Below are positions 1 to 9,313 of a stretch of 57,110 bases of DNA, in pieces. The stretch covers positions 1 through 57,110 of the forward strand of contig BTUM01000052.1 of NCBI GenBank assembly GCA_045863235.1, read 5' to 3'. Made by a program: the position numbers and the translations under genes. The notes under the pieces are model-generated. The model searched no databases. It saw nothing but the letters and a program-made list of their open reading frames with translations, and was not told where the DNA came from. The DNA comes from Candidatus Xenobia bacterium (GTDB lineage Bacteria; Vulcanimicrobiota; Xenobia; Xenobiales; QWHO01). Position 1 is the first letter of the stretch; every line of letters starts with the position of its first letter.

Positions 1-112
1 GAGTGGGGATCCCCACCGCGGGCGGTGGGGCTCCCGCATGGCCCGCGCCCCCACCGCGGAGAGTGGGGATCCCGCATGGCCCGCGTCCCCACCGCGGGCG
101 GTGGGGCTCCCG
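1..112. repeat. 38-bp tandem palindromic (REP-like) repeat, truncated by the window start
   Basis: Units start at 11, 49 and 87: CCCCACCGCGG(GCG/AGA)GTGGGG(C/A)TCCCGCATGGCCCGCG(C/T). CCCCACCGC/GCGGTGGGG is a perfect inverted repeat in units 1 and 3. A partial unit occupies 1-10. Confidence 0.85.
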
Positions 113-170
113 TGCTGAATGGGAACCTGCGCTTGAGGAATTGCAGCCTGTTCCAGAGAAGCAGGGGGCA

Positions 171-2387
171 ATGAGCAGTCTGAGCCTGTTCCAGCGCCGC
201 GCCCTGGTGCGCCAGATCGAGTCTCCCCTGCCATTGGTGGGGCAGTTCCTGCGCCCGCGCGCCCTTCAGGGCCTGCAGCGGGCGGCTGAGGGCGGAGATG
301 TCGAGAGCGCCACTGAGCTGGTGCGGCTCTTTCACAAGGGCCTGGTGCCTCGCGAACTCTTGCGCTCGCTCTCCCACCCGGCTGCCCGGGCCGAAGTGTG
401 CGCGGGCTGGGTGGGCTCTCGTTCGGGCGAGCTCGAGGCCCTGCTGCTCGAGACCGCTTGGACGGCCGAGGCTCCCCCGGCGGTGAGGGTGCTCACTTTG
501 CTGCTGCAGGACCGGGGCGATGAGATCGCGCTGGGGGGCGACCGCTGGGCACCCGCCCTGGTCCAGGCCTGTGCCGACGGCCCACTGGCCAACCGGGCCC
601 TGGCTGCTCTCGATCGGCTGCCCGACGAGGAGGCCCGGAACGCGGTCTGCCAGGCCGTGCTCGACAGCAGCTTTCCCCCCGAGGCCGCCGTCGAGCGCCT
701 GGTGGCCAACGGCTGGGCGCCCTCCGAGCCCGTGCCCCGGGCCCTGTTCTACTTTGTGACCGGCCAGCTCCAGCGCTTCGACGACCTGGACTACGACCAG
801 TCCATGTTGCGCACGGCTTACGCCGACATGTCCGAAGGACTGCGCGCCCGGGTGGTGGGCCGCATTCGCGAGAGCGGCCGCCCCGAGCTGGTGCGCATCA
901 TTCAAGACGAGCCTCGCCGCCGTTTGCACGGGCTTACCCCCGGCGAATACGACGCCGTGGTCTCGGTCATGCGAAGCTCCGGACGTCTCGACGACCTCTG
1001 GGCCATGGTCTTCACGACCGCTCCCGAGTGGGCGGCCGAGATCCTGGGAATCCTGCAAGAGGACGGCTTTGGCCCGAAAGAACAGGACCGCTCCAGCTTC
1101 GAGCGCCTTTGCGCTCTGCGTCCTTCGCAAGGCCGGAACATGAAGTTGCAGCTCCCCGAGCTGACCCTGAATGCGGTGACCGATGGCTTGCGGGCCAGTA
1201 TTCGCGGGCTGGCCTTCTCGCCTGACGGCAAGCTCCTGGCCGTGGGCGGCAAGTCCGACCGGGTGCGCCTGTGGGACCCCTACCAGGGCCGCTTCGAAGG
1301 CGAGCTGGGGGGCCACGCCGGGGTGGTCAGCGCGCTGGCTTTCTCTCCTGATTGCCGGGTTCTGGCCACCGGAGGCAGCGACCACGGGGCCTTCCTGTGG
1401 GACCCGCGCCGCTGCCGCCAGCTGGGGCGCATCTTTCCCGAAGAGGCTCCGGTGGGCACGCTCACCATGGAGTTCAGCCCTTCGGGCCGCTGGCTCGGCC
1501 TGGGAGGCTGGGAGGCGACCATCCTGATGGACATGGTCGCCAACCGCCAGCACGTGCTGGAGGGTCACACCGAGTGCGTGGTGGGGGTGGCCTTCGACCC
1601 CCGCGAGCGCTGGGTGGCCACCGCCTCCTGGGACCGCACCGTGCGGGTCTGGGACCTTTCCGCCCTGCGCTCTCCGGTGATCTTGAAGGGCCATGACGAT
1701 CGGCTGGCCTCTCTGGCCTTCACCGACAATGGCGAGGAGCTGGTGACCGTGGGGCTGGACGGGCGCGTGCTGATGTGGCGCGAGTCCAATCGCTGGAGCA
1801 GGTTCGAGCTGCTGGGCTATCACAGCCCTCCGATCTGGAAGCTGGCCTGCGACCCCCGGGGGCGGGTGGTGGCGACGGCCGGCAGCGACGGCAGCGTGCG
1901 CTTGTGGGGGAACGTGGTGGGTGGAGGCGCGGCTCTGCCGGCTCACTCCAGCCGCACCACCGCCCTGGCCTTCTCGCCCGATGGCACCTTCCTGGCGGCC
2001 ACCTCCAAGGATGGCAGTTTTTCGGTGTGGCAGCTCGGCGCCGCTGACGGGGGCGTCTCGGCGCGCCGGCTGGTGGCTGGCGGAGGCTATGCCGGCAGCT
2101 CGCCCAACAGCCTGGCCTTCGCCCCCGACAGCCGCACTCTCGCGCTGGGCTACGAGGATGGCGCCCTGGTCTTCTGGAGCCTCTTTCAGACCAAGCCCGT
2201 GGCCCGCATGGACCAGCGCGACCTCGATCGTATCGAGAGGTGGCTCAAGGAGGAGCGCATCACCCCGGAGGATCGCCGGGCCTGGGAGTTCGTGGCCGAG
2301 CTCTTGCGCCATCGGTTTCGCCATGAGATCCAGCTCGGACAGGCCACTGGCGCGCTGTTCGACGAGTTCGCCATCGACGTGGAGTAG
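171..2387 (+). CDS. WD40 repeat protein with N-terminal alpha-helical (HEAT/ARM-like) region
   Basis: Multiple GH..V.ALAFSPDG..LATG..D..V.LWD repeats. ATG at 171 follows AGGGGG; the upstream in-frame extension is only the translated repeat. Confidence 0.9.
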   Translation: MSSLSLFQRRALVRQIESPLPLVGQFLRPRALQGLQRAAEGGDVESATELVRLFHKGLVPRELLRSLSHPAARAEVCAGWVGSRSGELEALLLETAWTAEAPPAVRVLTLLLQDRGDEIALGGDRWAPALVQACADGPLANRALAALDRLPDEEARNAVCQAVLDSSFPPEAAVERLVANGWAPSEPVPRALFYFVTGQLQRFDDLDYDQSMLRTAYADMSEGLRARVVGRIRESGRPELVRIIQDEPRRRLHGLTPGEYDAVVSVMRSSGRLDDLWAMVFTTAPEWAAEILGILQEDGFGPKEQDRSSFERLCALRPSQGRNMKLQLPELTLNAVTDGLRASIRGLAFSPDGKLLAVGGKSDRVRLWDPYQGRFEGELGGHAGVVSALAFSPDCRVLATGGSDHGAFLWDPRRCRQLGRIFPEEAPVGTLTMEFSPSGRWLGLGGWEATILMDMVANRQHVLEGHTECVVGVAFDPRERWVATASWDRTVRVWDLSALRSPVILKGHDDRLASLAFTDNGEELVTVGLDGRVLMWRESNRWSRFELLGYHSPPIWKLACDPRGRVVATAGSDGSVRLWGNVVGGGAALPAHSSRTTALAFSPDGTFLAATSKDGSFSVWQLGAADGGVSARRLVAGGGYAGSSPNSLAFAPDSRTLALGYEDGALVFWSLFQTKPVARMDQRDLDRIERWLKEERITPEDRRAWEFVAELLRHRFRHEIQLGQATGALFDEFAIDVE

Positions 2388-2411
2388 CACGCGACTGACT
2401 TGTTCAGCAGG

Positions 2412-2813
2412 TCAGGAGGGCGGCTTAAGGGAGGACAGCGTGCCCAGCGAAAGGCCGGGGACCCTTCCGAAATGAGCCTGATTGCGTGTCAGCAAGATCG
2501 CCGATTTTGACAGAGCGATTCCGGCGATGAGGTAATCCGCGGTCCCAATTCCCTGGCCGACAGACTCCAGAGCCTGCCGGATATCCGCCGCCCTTCTTGC
2601 AGCCTCGGAGTCGAGAGGGAAGATCGTCATCGCCTCGAGCAGAGTGGCAACAGCTCTTCGTTGCTTCTCAGTCTTTGCGCCTGAGTGAAGCTCAAAGACC
2701 GTAATCGTCGTCGTACTCAACCGGCCTGTACCGAGCTCAAGGGAGATCCGACCGAGGGAAGGCTCCCTGCCGTGCAAGGCATCGATCAGGACGTCGGTAT
2801 CCGCCAGGATCAT
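2412..2813 (-). CDS. vapC: PIN-domain VapC family toxin
   Basis: MILADTDVLID N-terminus, FEL, D.LIAGIA, LLTRN..HF; overlaps the antitoxin stop codon (ATGA). Confidence 0.92.
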   Translation of the reverse strand: MILADTDVLIDALHGREPSLGRISLELGTGRLSTTTITVFELHSGAKTEKQRRAVATLLEAMTIFPLDSEAARRAADIRQALESVGQGIGTADYLIAGIALSKSAILLTRNQAHFGRVPGLSLGTLSSLKPPS

Positions 2814-3049
2814 CGCCAGGAGGCTCGACTCTTGCCGAAGGCCTCTTCCAGGCTCGAGGTCGCTACGCTGTCGAAGGTGCCAAGAACGGATTGAGCGGCC
2901 CGAGTCCGCTCACTCTGAGCCCCGTAAACCTCCAGATAGGCATCGATGGCCTCTTGAACCAGCTTGGAAAAGCCCTTTTCCCCCCGCTGGGCAGCCAGTT
3001 CGAGCAGTCTGGCACGCTGCTCCCGGGTCAGTTCGACTGTGGTTCTCAC
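2810..3049 (-). CDS. Antitoxin, ribbon-helix-helix-like (VapB type)
   Basis: 79 aa with MRTTVEL...LLELAA.RG..GFSKLVQEAID pattern, directly upstream of and coupled to the PIN toxin. Confidence 0.85.
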   Translation of the reverse strand: MRTTVELTREQRARLLELAAQRGEKGFSKLVQEAIDAYLEVYGAQSERTRAAQSVLGTFDSVATSSLEEAFGKSRASWR

Positions 3050-3084
3050 CCCTCGAAACTAACATGCACGCATATGCATGTCAA
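3050..3084 (-). promoter_or_regulatory. sigma70-type leaderless promoter with palindromic operator for the first TA operon
   Basis: Minus strand TTGACA(3084-3079)-N17-TAGTTT(3061-3056), then 6 nt to GTG 3049. Inverted repeat ACATGCA-N6-TGCATGT at 3062-3081. Confidence 0.75.
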
Positions 3085-3160
3085 TCGCGTTTCGCTCGAG
3101 CCGCGGTGTCACAAGCCTGCCCTCCGGGCGATCCGCACCTGACTCCGTGGGATGCCATGA

Positions 3161-3496
3161 TTGCGGGTGTATTCCCATCTTCTACTGGATGCAGTCCTGG
3201 CCGTCACCACCACCCTGTTGACCGTGCCTCTTGCGGTATTGCTGGCTGATGCTCTGTTGCGGCGCTTCCCGGCCCGCCATCAGGACGCGCCCGTCTTCCT
3301 CCCCGAGCTGAACCTGGCGCTGGGCTGCTTGCTCCTGCTGCTGCTTGCCCCCGTGGGGAACCTGGTGCTCGGTCGCCTGGTCGGGGTCCGAGTAAGAGCC
3401 CTCGTCTGGGTTCAGGCTTACCTGCGGGTGTTGACCTGCGCTGCCTGCGGCACCTTGCCGTGTGGTTACGGGCATTTGCTGGAGCCACCGTTCTAG
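3161..3496 (+). CDS. Small hypothetical membrane protein
   Basis: Two to three hydrophobic stretches and GC-rich third positions; start uncertain (TTG 3161 or GTG 3167). Confidence 0.5.
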   Translation: MRVYSHLLLDAVLAVTTTLLTVPLAVLLADALLRRFPARHQDAPVFLPELNLALGCLLLLLLAPVGNLVLGRLVGVRVRALVWVQAYLRVLTCAACGTLPCGYGHLLEPPF

Positions 3497-3942
3497 CTGG
3501 CGTTCGGTCCGGCGCTCAAGCTCCCAGACGATCCGGCTCTGGGCCAGCTCGAAAGTGTTTTCGAAGTTTGAACCGGCGGTATCGACTCTTTGTTCGACCA
3601 TTGGGCCTGGAGGCAGTCTGTCAGAGCCGGACCACGGCCGACACGCGCGCGTCGCGGTCGTCTTCTCTGGCCAAACGGTACCATTCGTCACTGAACAGTC
3701 TCGGAGATCCGAGCTAAGCTGAAGCATCCATTTGCCGAGGAGGCAATCGAGATGAGTTACCGTCCCGCACCGCAGAACTGCCAGCATCCGAAGGTCACCT
3801 GGTGCCGCTTCATGGCGCCAGGCTGGAAGATGGCCCCGGCGACAGCGACCTTTTCCTGCCCGCCCAGCTTGACATCCCCCATGCGACGCCTGGTCGCTGC
3901 CCGGAGGGCGGCGTGAGCAAGAGCGTGCCCTTCCCGTGCCGA

Positions 3943-6480
3943 ATGCAAGGGCCCATGACCCACCTCGGGCGCGGGCTGGTCTGCCTGCCCGGTGCCGCCG
4001 TCCCAGCCGAATTCCAGCATCTCCCTCGTGTGGATGACCTGCAAGAGCTGCACCGGTGCTGGCTCGAGCGCCGTCCCGTGGTGGTCGAGCTGAAGCTGTC
4101 CAAGGCCGAGCTCAAGACCCGCGAACGCTGGACGGGCGAGGTCTATACTCTGACCCCAAAGTTCGAGTTCGCCCGCGAGCGGCTCCATTTCCTGACCTGG
4201 GCCAACAACTACGACGGTACAGCCGTCGGCCCACCCATCTGGTGGCACTCCCGCCTGGCCTGCCGCCTGGGGGCCAGGCCGTGTGAGGAGGCCGATGTGC
4301 TGCTGGCCGACGGACCGGCCTGGTGCGACGGTGGGCCCCGGGGCATGCCCGGAGTGCTGCATCGCGAGACGATCGAGTCGGGCAGGCTGGAGCGGACGCG
4401 GGCCAGATCCTCGGCAGCCGCCCTGGCTCCCGACCAGGCTCGAGCGGTGGCCCACGGACACGGCCCGGCCCGTATCCTGGCTCCGGCCGGCTCGGGTAAG
4501 ACCAGGGTCCTCACCGAGCGCCTGCGCCACCTGCTGCTCGACCGGGGCTACGAGGGTGAGCGCGTCACGGCCCTGGCTTACAACCGCCGGGCCGCCGAGG
4601 AGATGCGCCAGCGCACGGCCGACTTCCAGCCCAACGTGCGCACTCTCCATGCCCTCGGCTTCTCCATCCTGCGCGCCCACAGTGGCCCTCGCCTGCTCGA
4701 GGAGCGCGAGGTGCGGGACATCCTGCGCTCGCTCATCGCAGTGCCGCAGGTGCTGGGGCAGGATCCGCTGGTCCCCTACCTCGAGGCCCTGGCCGAGGTT
4801 CGCCTGGGGCTGCGCGAGCCGGGCCAGGTGGAGGCGAGGCGGGGGGACGTGCCGGGACTGACGGCCCTCTTTCCGGCCTACCGCGCAAAGTTGCGCCAGC
4901 GCAACCTGATCGACCACGACGAGCAGATTTACCAGGCGCTGGAGGTGCTGCTGAGCGAGCCTGAGCTGCGCCAGAAGGCCCAGCGCGCCTGCACTCACCT
5001 CCTGGTGGACGAGTTCCAGGATCTCACTCCGGCCTACCTGTTGCTGGTGCGGCTCCTGTCAGCCCCCTCCTACCAGGTGTTCGGGGTCGGCGACGACGAT
5101 CAGGTCATCTACGGTTACACCGGCGCCACGCCCGAGTTCCTGGTCCACTTCGAGGACTACTTCCCGGGCGCCGAGAGCTACGCGCTGGAGGTGAACTACC
5201 GCTGTCCGGCTCGGGTGGTGGAGGCCGCCAACTCGCTCTTGAGCCGGAACCGACAGCGCGTGGTCAAGAAGGTGCGTCCGGCAGAGGCCAGCTCGCAGGC
5301 CTCCATCGATGTTTTGCGCGCCGACCATCTGGACTGGGCGGCTCAGGCCGTGCGCTTCTTGAAGGGGTGGCTGGAGAGTTTCGAACCCACTCAGATCGCC
5401 GTTCTGAGCCGGGTGCAGGCCAGCCTGATGGCGCTGCACGTCTACCTGAGCGAGGCGGGGGTACCCTTCGTCAGCATTCTGAGCGCCTCCGTGCTGGAGA
5501 GAACCGGGGCCCGCACGGCCCTGGCCTACCTGCGGCTGGCCCGGGGAGCTTTCACTCCGGTCGACCTGCGGGACGCTCTGCGCCGCCCCAACCGCAGGCT
5601 GCGCCGCGAGATCGTGGAGCAGGCCGCGCGCTGTCGGAACCAGGCTGAGCTCGCGCGTCTGAGCGACAGCCTGGAGGATTGGCCGTCCAGCCAGCTCGAC
5701 GAGTTTTTGCGAGACCTCTCGGCCATGGGCTCGCGCCGTTCCCCCGAGGAGGCCCTGCGCTACCTGCGCCAGAGCGTCGGCCTGGGCGACGCCATGCGCG
5801 AGTTGGACGCAGGTGGGGCCGAGGCCAGTCACTACGACGACCTGGTGGCCCTGGAGCAGACCGCCCGCCTGCACCCCTCGTGGGAGAGCTTCGAATCCTG
5901 GCTGCGCGAGCTGCTCAGCCGCCCCGGCCGGCCCGGGATCACGCTGTCCACGGTGCACCGGGTCAAGGGGATGGAGTGGGATGGCGTGCTGGTTTACGGC
6001 GCTCAGATGGGGCTCCTGCCCCACCGCCTGGCCGACGACCTGGAGGAGGAGAGGCGCATCTTTCACGTGGCCCTGACGCGAGGCCGGCAGCGGGTGGCGG
6101 TGCTGGCCGACGCGCGCGAGCCCTCAGGCTTCCTGAGCGAGCTGACGCCCCCCGAGTCGCCCTCGCCCAGGAAGACGGGGCGCAAGAAGCGGCGAGGGGG
6201 CTACGACCCGGAGTGTGGGCGGCGCTTTGCCGAGGCGCTGGGGGTGGGGGTGGAGCAGTTGGAGGCGGCCCTGGCTCTGCTGGAGGAGCGAGACCGGGAG
6301 GTGTTCTGTCGCTATTACGGGCTGGCCGATGGGCGCCGGCACACGCCGGAGGAGATCGCCAGGGGACTTGATCGCAGCTTGAGCGCTTGTGAGACCTGGC
6401 GGCAACTGGCGGAGGCGAGACTGAAGACAGCTCTGGGGAGGCGGATGAGCTTCGAGGAGGCGTTTCGGGCGGCGTTCTGA
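3943..6480 (+). CDS. UvrD/Rep/PcrA family SF1 helicase with C-terminal sigma70 region-4-like HTH
   Basis: APAGSGKT, LAYNRRAA, LVDEFQD, VGDDDQ.IY, NYR, TVHRVKGMEW, EERRIFHVALTRG. Start uncertain (ATG 3943 or 3955). Confidence 0.92.
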   Translation: MQGPMTHLGRGLVCLPGAAVPAEFQHLPRVDDLQELHRCWLERRPVVVELKLSKAELKTRERWTGEVYTLTPKFEFARERLHFLTWANNYDGTAVGPPIWWHSRLACRLGARPCEEADVLLADGPAWCDGGPRGMPGVLHRETIESGRLERTRARSSAAALAPDQARAVAHGHGPARILAPAGSGKTRVLTERLRHLLLDRGYEGERVTALAYNRRAAEEMRQRTADFQPNVRTLHALGFSILRAHSGPRLLEEREVRDILRSLIAVPQVLGQDPLVPYLEALAEVRLGLREPGQVEARRGDVPGLTALFPAYRAKLRQRNLIDHDEQIYQALEVLLSEPELRQKAQRACTHLLVDEFQDLTPAYLLLVRLLSAPSYQVFGVGDDDQVIYGYTGATPEFLVHFEDYFPGAESYALEVNYRCPARVVEAANSLLSRNRQRVVKKVRPAEASSQASIDVLRADHLDWAAQAVRFLKGWLESFEPTQIAVLSRVQASLMALHVYLSEAGVPFVSILSASVLERTGARTALAYLRLARGAFTPVDLRDALRRPNRRLRREIVEQAARCRNQAELARLSDSLEDWPSSQLDEFLRDLSAMGSRRSPEEALRYLRQSVGLGDAMRELDAGGAEASHYDDLVALEQTARLHPSWESFESWLRELLSRPGRPGITLSTVHRVKGMEWDGVLVYGAQMGLLPHRLADDLEEERRIFHVALTRGRQRVAVLADAREPSGFLSELTPPESPSPRKTGRKKRRGGYDPECGRRFAEALGVGVEQLEAALALLEERDREVFCRYYGLADGRRHTPEEIARGLDRSLSACETWRQLAEARLKTALGRRMSFEEAFRAAF

Positions 6481-6544
6481 ACCTCGTCCTCACGGGAAGC
6501 GGGACTGAAGACGGCGATCCTTGCGGGAACTGGCACGAGGAAGT

Positions 6545-7622
6545 TTAGAAGCCAACAATGACGGGAGTCAGAGCAGCCGGGCCAGGGGGGGCCGGAAAGG
6601 GCGAGCCTTGCAAAGGATTGAGGTTGCCCCTCTTTTTTGAGCGGAACCCGTTGAGCTGATTTTTCATCGAGTCGCTGGCATAGAAAAGCTGGCTGAGGGA
6701 TCCGAAGGGGTAACCGATCACCGATGAGCCCCCACTCCCGAGGGGAAACCCGGGCAGTTGTGAGAGTTGGCCATCTGGCCCGATCTCGAAAGCATTGAGC
6801 GTGCTGGTCTTTCCGTCCGAAACGTAGACCACGTTGCGCTGGAAGGCCATCTGGTAGGAAAGGGCTCCAGGCGGCGCAAAGCTCTGGTGCCCCAGCGGAA
6901 CGGGGGTGAGCGAGCCGGAATCGCTGACGCTGAAGCTCTCGAGCACTCCACCCAGGCCCGATACCAGAAGAAATCGGTCGAGCGGGTCGAAGCTGATGGC
7001 CGTGGGCCCTGGAGATGTCGGCGTCTGGCTGCGCAATTGCAGGGCGCCCGTAGCCGGGTCGAGCGCGAAGATGTAGACCTGGTTTCCGGTCTGGTCAGTG
7101 AGCGCAAACAGGCGGTTTTCGAGATTGAATGTTCCTGTGATGGCTGCCACCATCCCCGGGACGCTCAGAGGAAACTGCGGCAGGCGAGTGAGAGCTCCAT
7201 TGGCCTGATCGACCCGGAAGCCGTCGATGGTGGTATCACTCACCGCGTAGAGGTAGCTCCCCGAGCGATCCATGAAGACGTCCGGTTCCGGCTCGCTGGT
7301 GATGGGGAACCCGGGCAGACGAGTCAACTCACCGGAAGCCGGGTTGATCCAGGCAGCCCGGACCATCGAGACCCGAATAGAGGAAAGGCCGGGCAGGGTG
7401 TGCGGCCACAACATTGGCCGCCTCGGCAGTGGTGCTGCTCGCGACCAGGGTCAGGTCGCCCGTGTCCGTGTCCACGTCAAAGACACTGAGGCTGCCCCCT
7501 GTTCCGTGGCGGTGGGCAGTCACCAGGAAGGTCGCGGCCCTGGGGTCAGGCGTCGAGGAGAGCGTTTCGGCGGCAGCACAACCCGCCAGGACAAGAAGGG
7601 CAAGGAATGTGCTTCGGAGCAT
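6545..7622 (-). pseudogene. Frameshifted lactonase-family (6-phosphogluconolactonase-like) beta-propeller lipoprotein
   Basis: MLRSTFLALLVLAGC lipobox at 7622 is in one frame; the propeller blades (G.LTRLPGFP, DP..RFL, GSPF) continue in another frame after about 7365. Confidence 0.75.
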
Positions 7623-7861
7623 CGCCGGGCCCCTTCGGCAGGCGCTTTGAATTCCTCTGGAAGCTGGAGCCCGAAGTCGGCCCGGCGGTAGCCAGGAGCC
7701 CCGCCCAGGCCGAGACAGGGGCAGGGCTGGACAGGACTGCGCAGGGAGCCCTGGCCGAGCTCGTCGATGATTCATCCTCCCGGCCCTGGAAAACCGCTGA
7801 GCTCGCGTCATGGTGCTCACCGGAGGAAGGCCACCCCGCCAGGGCGAATGCGGCGCGCGCC

Positions 7862-9313
7862 ATGCGAGTGCTCATCCTCCTTCTTCTGCTCTTTCTCCCG
7901 GTTCTGGCCGAGACCGAGCCGCCCGATTGGCGCTGGGCTCCGCGTTGGACCCTGGAGCGGGTGCTGGCCCGCCCGGAAGCCTTTCTGGATGATTTCGTGC
8001 GCGGAGAGCGTCCTTTCTTTCGGGCCACCCGCCACCCCCAGTCCGGGCTGACCTACGACGGCTGGAATCTGGACCCGCTCACCGGCTCCCCCATCGGCCC
8101 GCGCCTGCACAGCGCTCCCTCCAAGGAGTGCCTGGACGTGGCCATCCTGACCAAGGCCATTCTGGGCGACCGGCGCGCGCTGATGCTGGTGGACGAGGAC
8201 GAGGCGGTGGACATCCTGCGCCGCAAGCTGCAGAGCTACCGCGACTGGACCAGGCGTTACCCCCGCTCGGGAGGCTATATGCCCTGGTGGTACGGGGGCC
8301 ACAGCGCCGAGTTCACCCCCAGCTGGAACGGCGCCGTGCCGGCCCTGGACAACGGCGAGTGGGTATGGACCATGCTGGTGGCCGAGAAAGCTCTGCGCGA
8401 CCGGGGCTACGCCCGTCTGGCCGAGGAATACCACGAGTTCAACGACCAGCTGATGGACGCCTCGGCCCGCATCTTCTACGACGATGAGAAGGGCCGTGTG
8501 CGCGGGGACGTGCGGGTGGACAAACCGCCCTACGTTCCCGATCCGGGTAAGCAGGGCTACCTCGACGGCGAGCATGGGGTGCACGAGGGCGTGATGATGG
8601 TCATGTTCGTGACCCTGTTTGGCAAGGACTTGCCACCAGACGCTTCCCAGCGCATCTGGAGCGGGACCAACATGGTCCGGGTCGAGACCCCGTGGGGCAC
8701 GACCTGGCAAGGTTTCTGGGGGTCGTCTCACGAGGAGTGGGCTTACCTTTTCATGCCCTACTTCGAGCTGCCCGAGTATCGCAAGCTGTTCACCATCCGC
8801 CAGGTCATCCGAACCCAGAACGCCGCCATGCGCGGCTACCGGGGGCTGCATGCCTCCATCCATGACCCCGTGACCGGCAACTACGTCTCGGATTGCGGCA
8901 TCGAGGGCGTGGGCACCCAGAAGCTGAAAGCCCAGCACGCGCTGGCTCTCTACGGGGCCTTCCCGGTGCTCATGGCCGACCGCACGGCGGGCAGCGCCTG
9001 GCTCTACAACATGCTGTGCGCCCCCCGCATGCAAGGGCCCATGGGCGGGGGTGAGTCGGTCTCCAACGATGGGCGCCACGCCATGCCGGTCAAGACCATC
9101 GACGGGACTTTCCCGCTCTTGCTGGCGGCCATGGGAGGTTTCCACCGCGAGACCGCCGCCACGCTGCGCGAGCGGGGAGTGCTCGAGGAGTTCAAAGCCA
9201 TCATGCGCGAGGAGTATCGCGAGGCCTTCGGCGACCTCCCGCTGCGCCGCGAGGCCGACTTCGCGCTGCCTCCCTCGCCGGTTCCCTGGGCCCTGCCCGA
9301 CTACGCCTGGTGA
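7862..9313 (+). CDS. Secreted endo-beta-1,2-glucanase-like glycoside hydrolase (GH162/SGL-like)
   Basis: Signal peptide MRVLILLLLLFLPVLA. Motifs SGLTYDG, SAPSKE, GGYMPW, VPALDNGE, SSHEEW..L.MPY, GL.AS, YGAFP, W..NML..P.MQGP.G..ES and KT.D match my recollection of fungal SGL. Confidence 0.75.
   Translation: MRVLILLLLLFLPVLAETEPPDWRWAPRWTLERVLARPEAFLDDFVRGERPFFRATRHPQSGLTYDGWNLDPLTGSPIGPRLHSAPSKECLDVAILTKAILGDRRALMLVDEDEAVDILRRKLQSYRDWTRRYPRSGGYMPWWYGGHSAEFTPSWNGAVPALDNGEWVWTMLVAEKALRDRGYARLAEEYHEFNDQLMDASARIFYDDEKGRVRGDVRVDKPPYVPDPGKQGYLDGEHGVHEGVMMVMFVTLFGKDLPPDASQRIWSGTNMVRVETPWGTTWQGFWGSSHEEWAYLFMPYFELPEYRKLFTIRQVIRTQNAAMRGYRGLHASIHDPVTGNYVSDCGIEGVGTQKLKAQHALALYGAFPVLMADRTAGSAWLYNMLCAPRMQGPMGGGESVSNDGRHAMPVKTIDGTFPLLLAAMGGFHRETAATLRERGVLEEFKAIMREEYREAFGDLPLRREADFALPPSPVPWALPDYAW

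Noticed and set aside
1..112. CRISPR array
   Set aside because: Linkers are only 18 nt and nearly identical rather than unique spacers, and there are no cas genes in the window.
3..170. N-terminal extensions in the ORF track (also 7607, 19534, 24186, 24361, 38742, 41377, 45496)
   Set aside because: Longest-ORF artefacts; homology motifs, RBS or promoter geometry support downstream starts.
2412..3940. Mobile element or genomic island around either TA pair (also 40419-41364)
   Set aside because: No integrase, transposase, terminal repeats or target duplications are visible.
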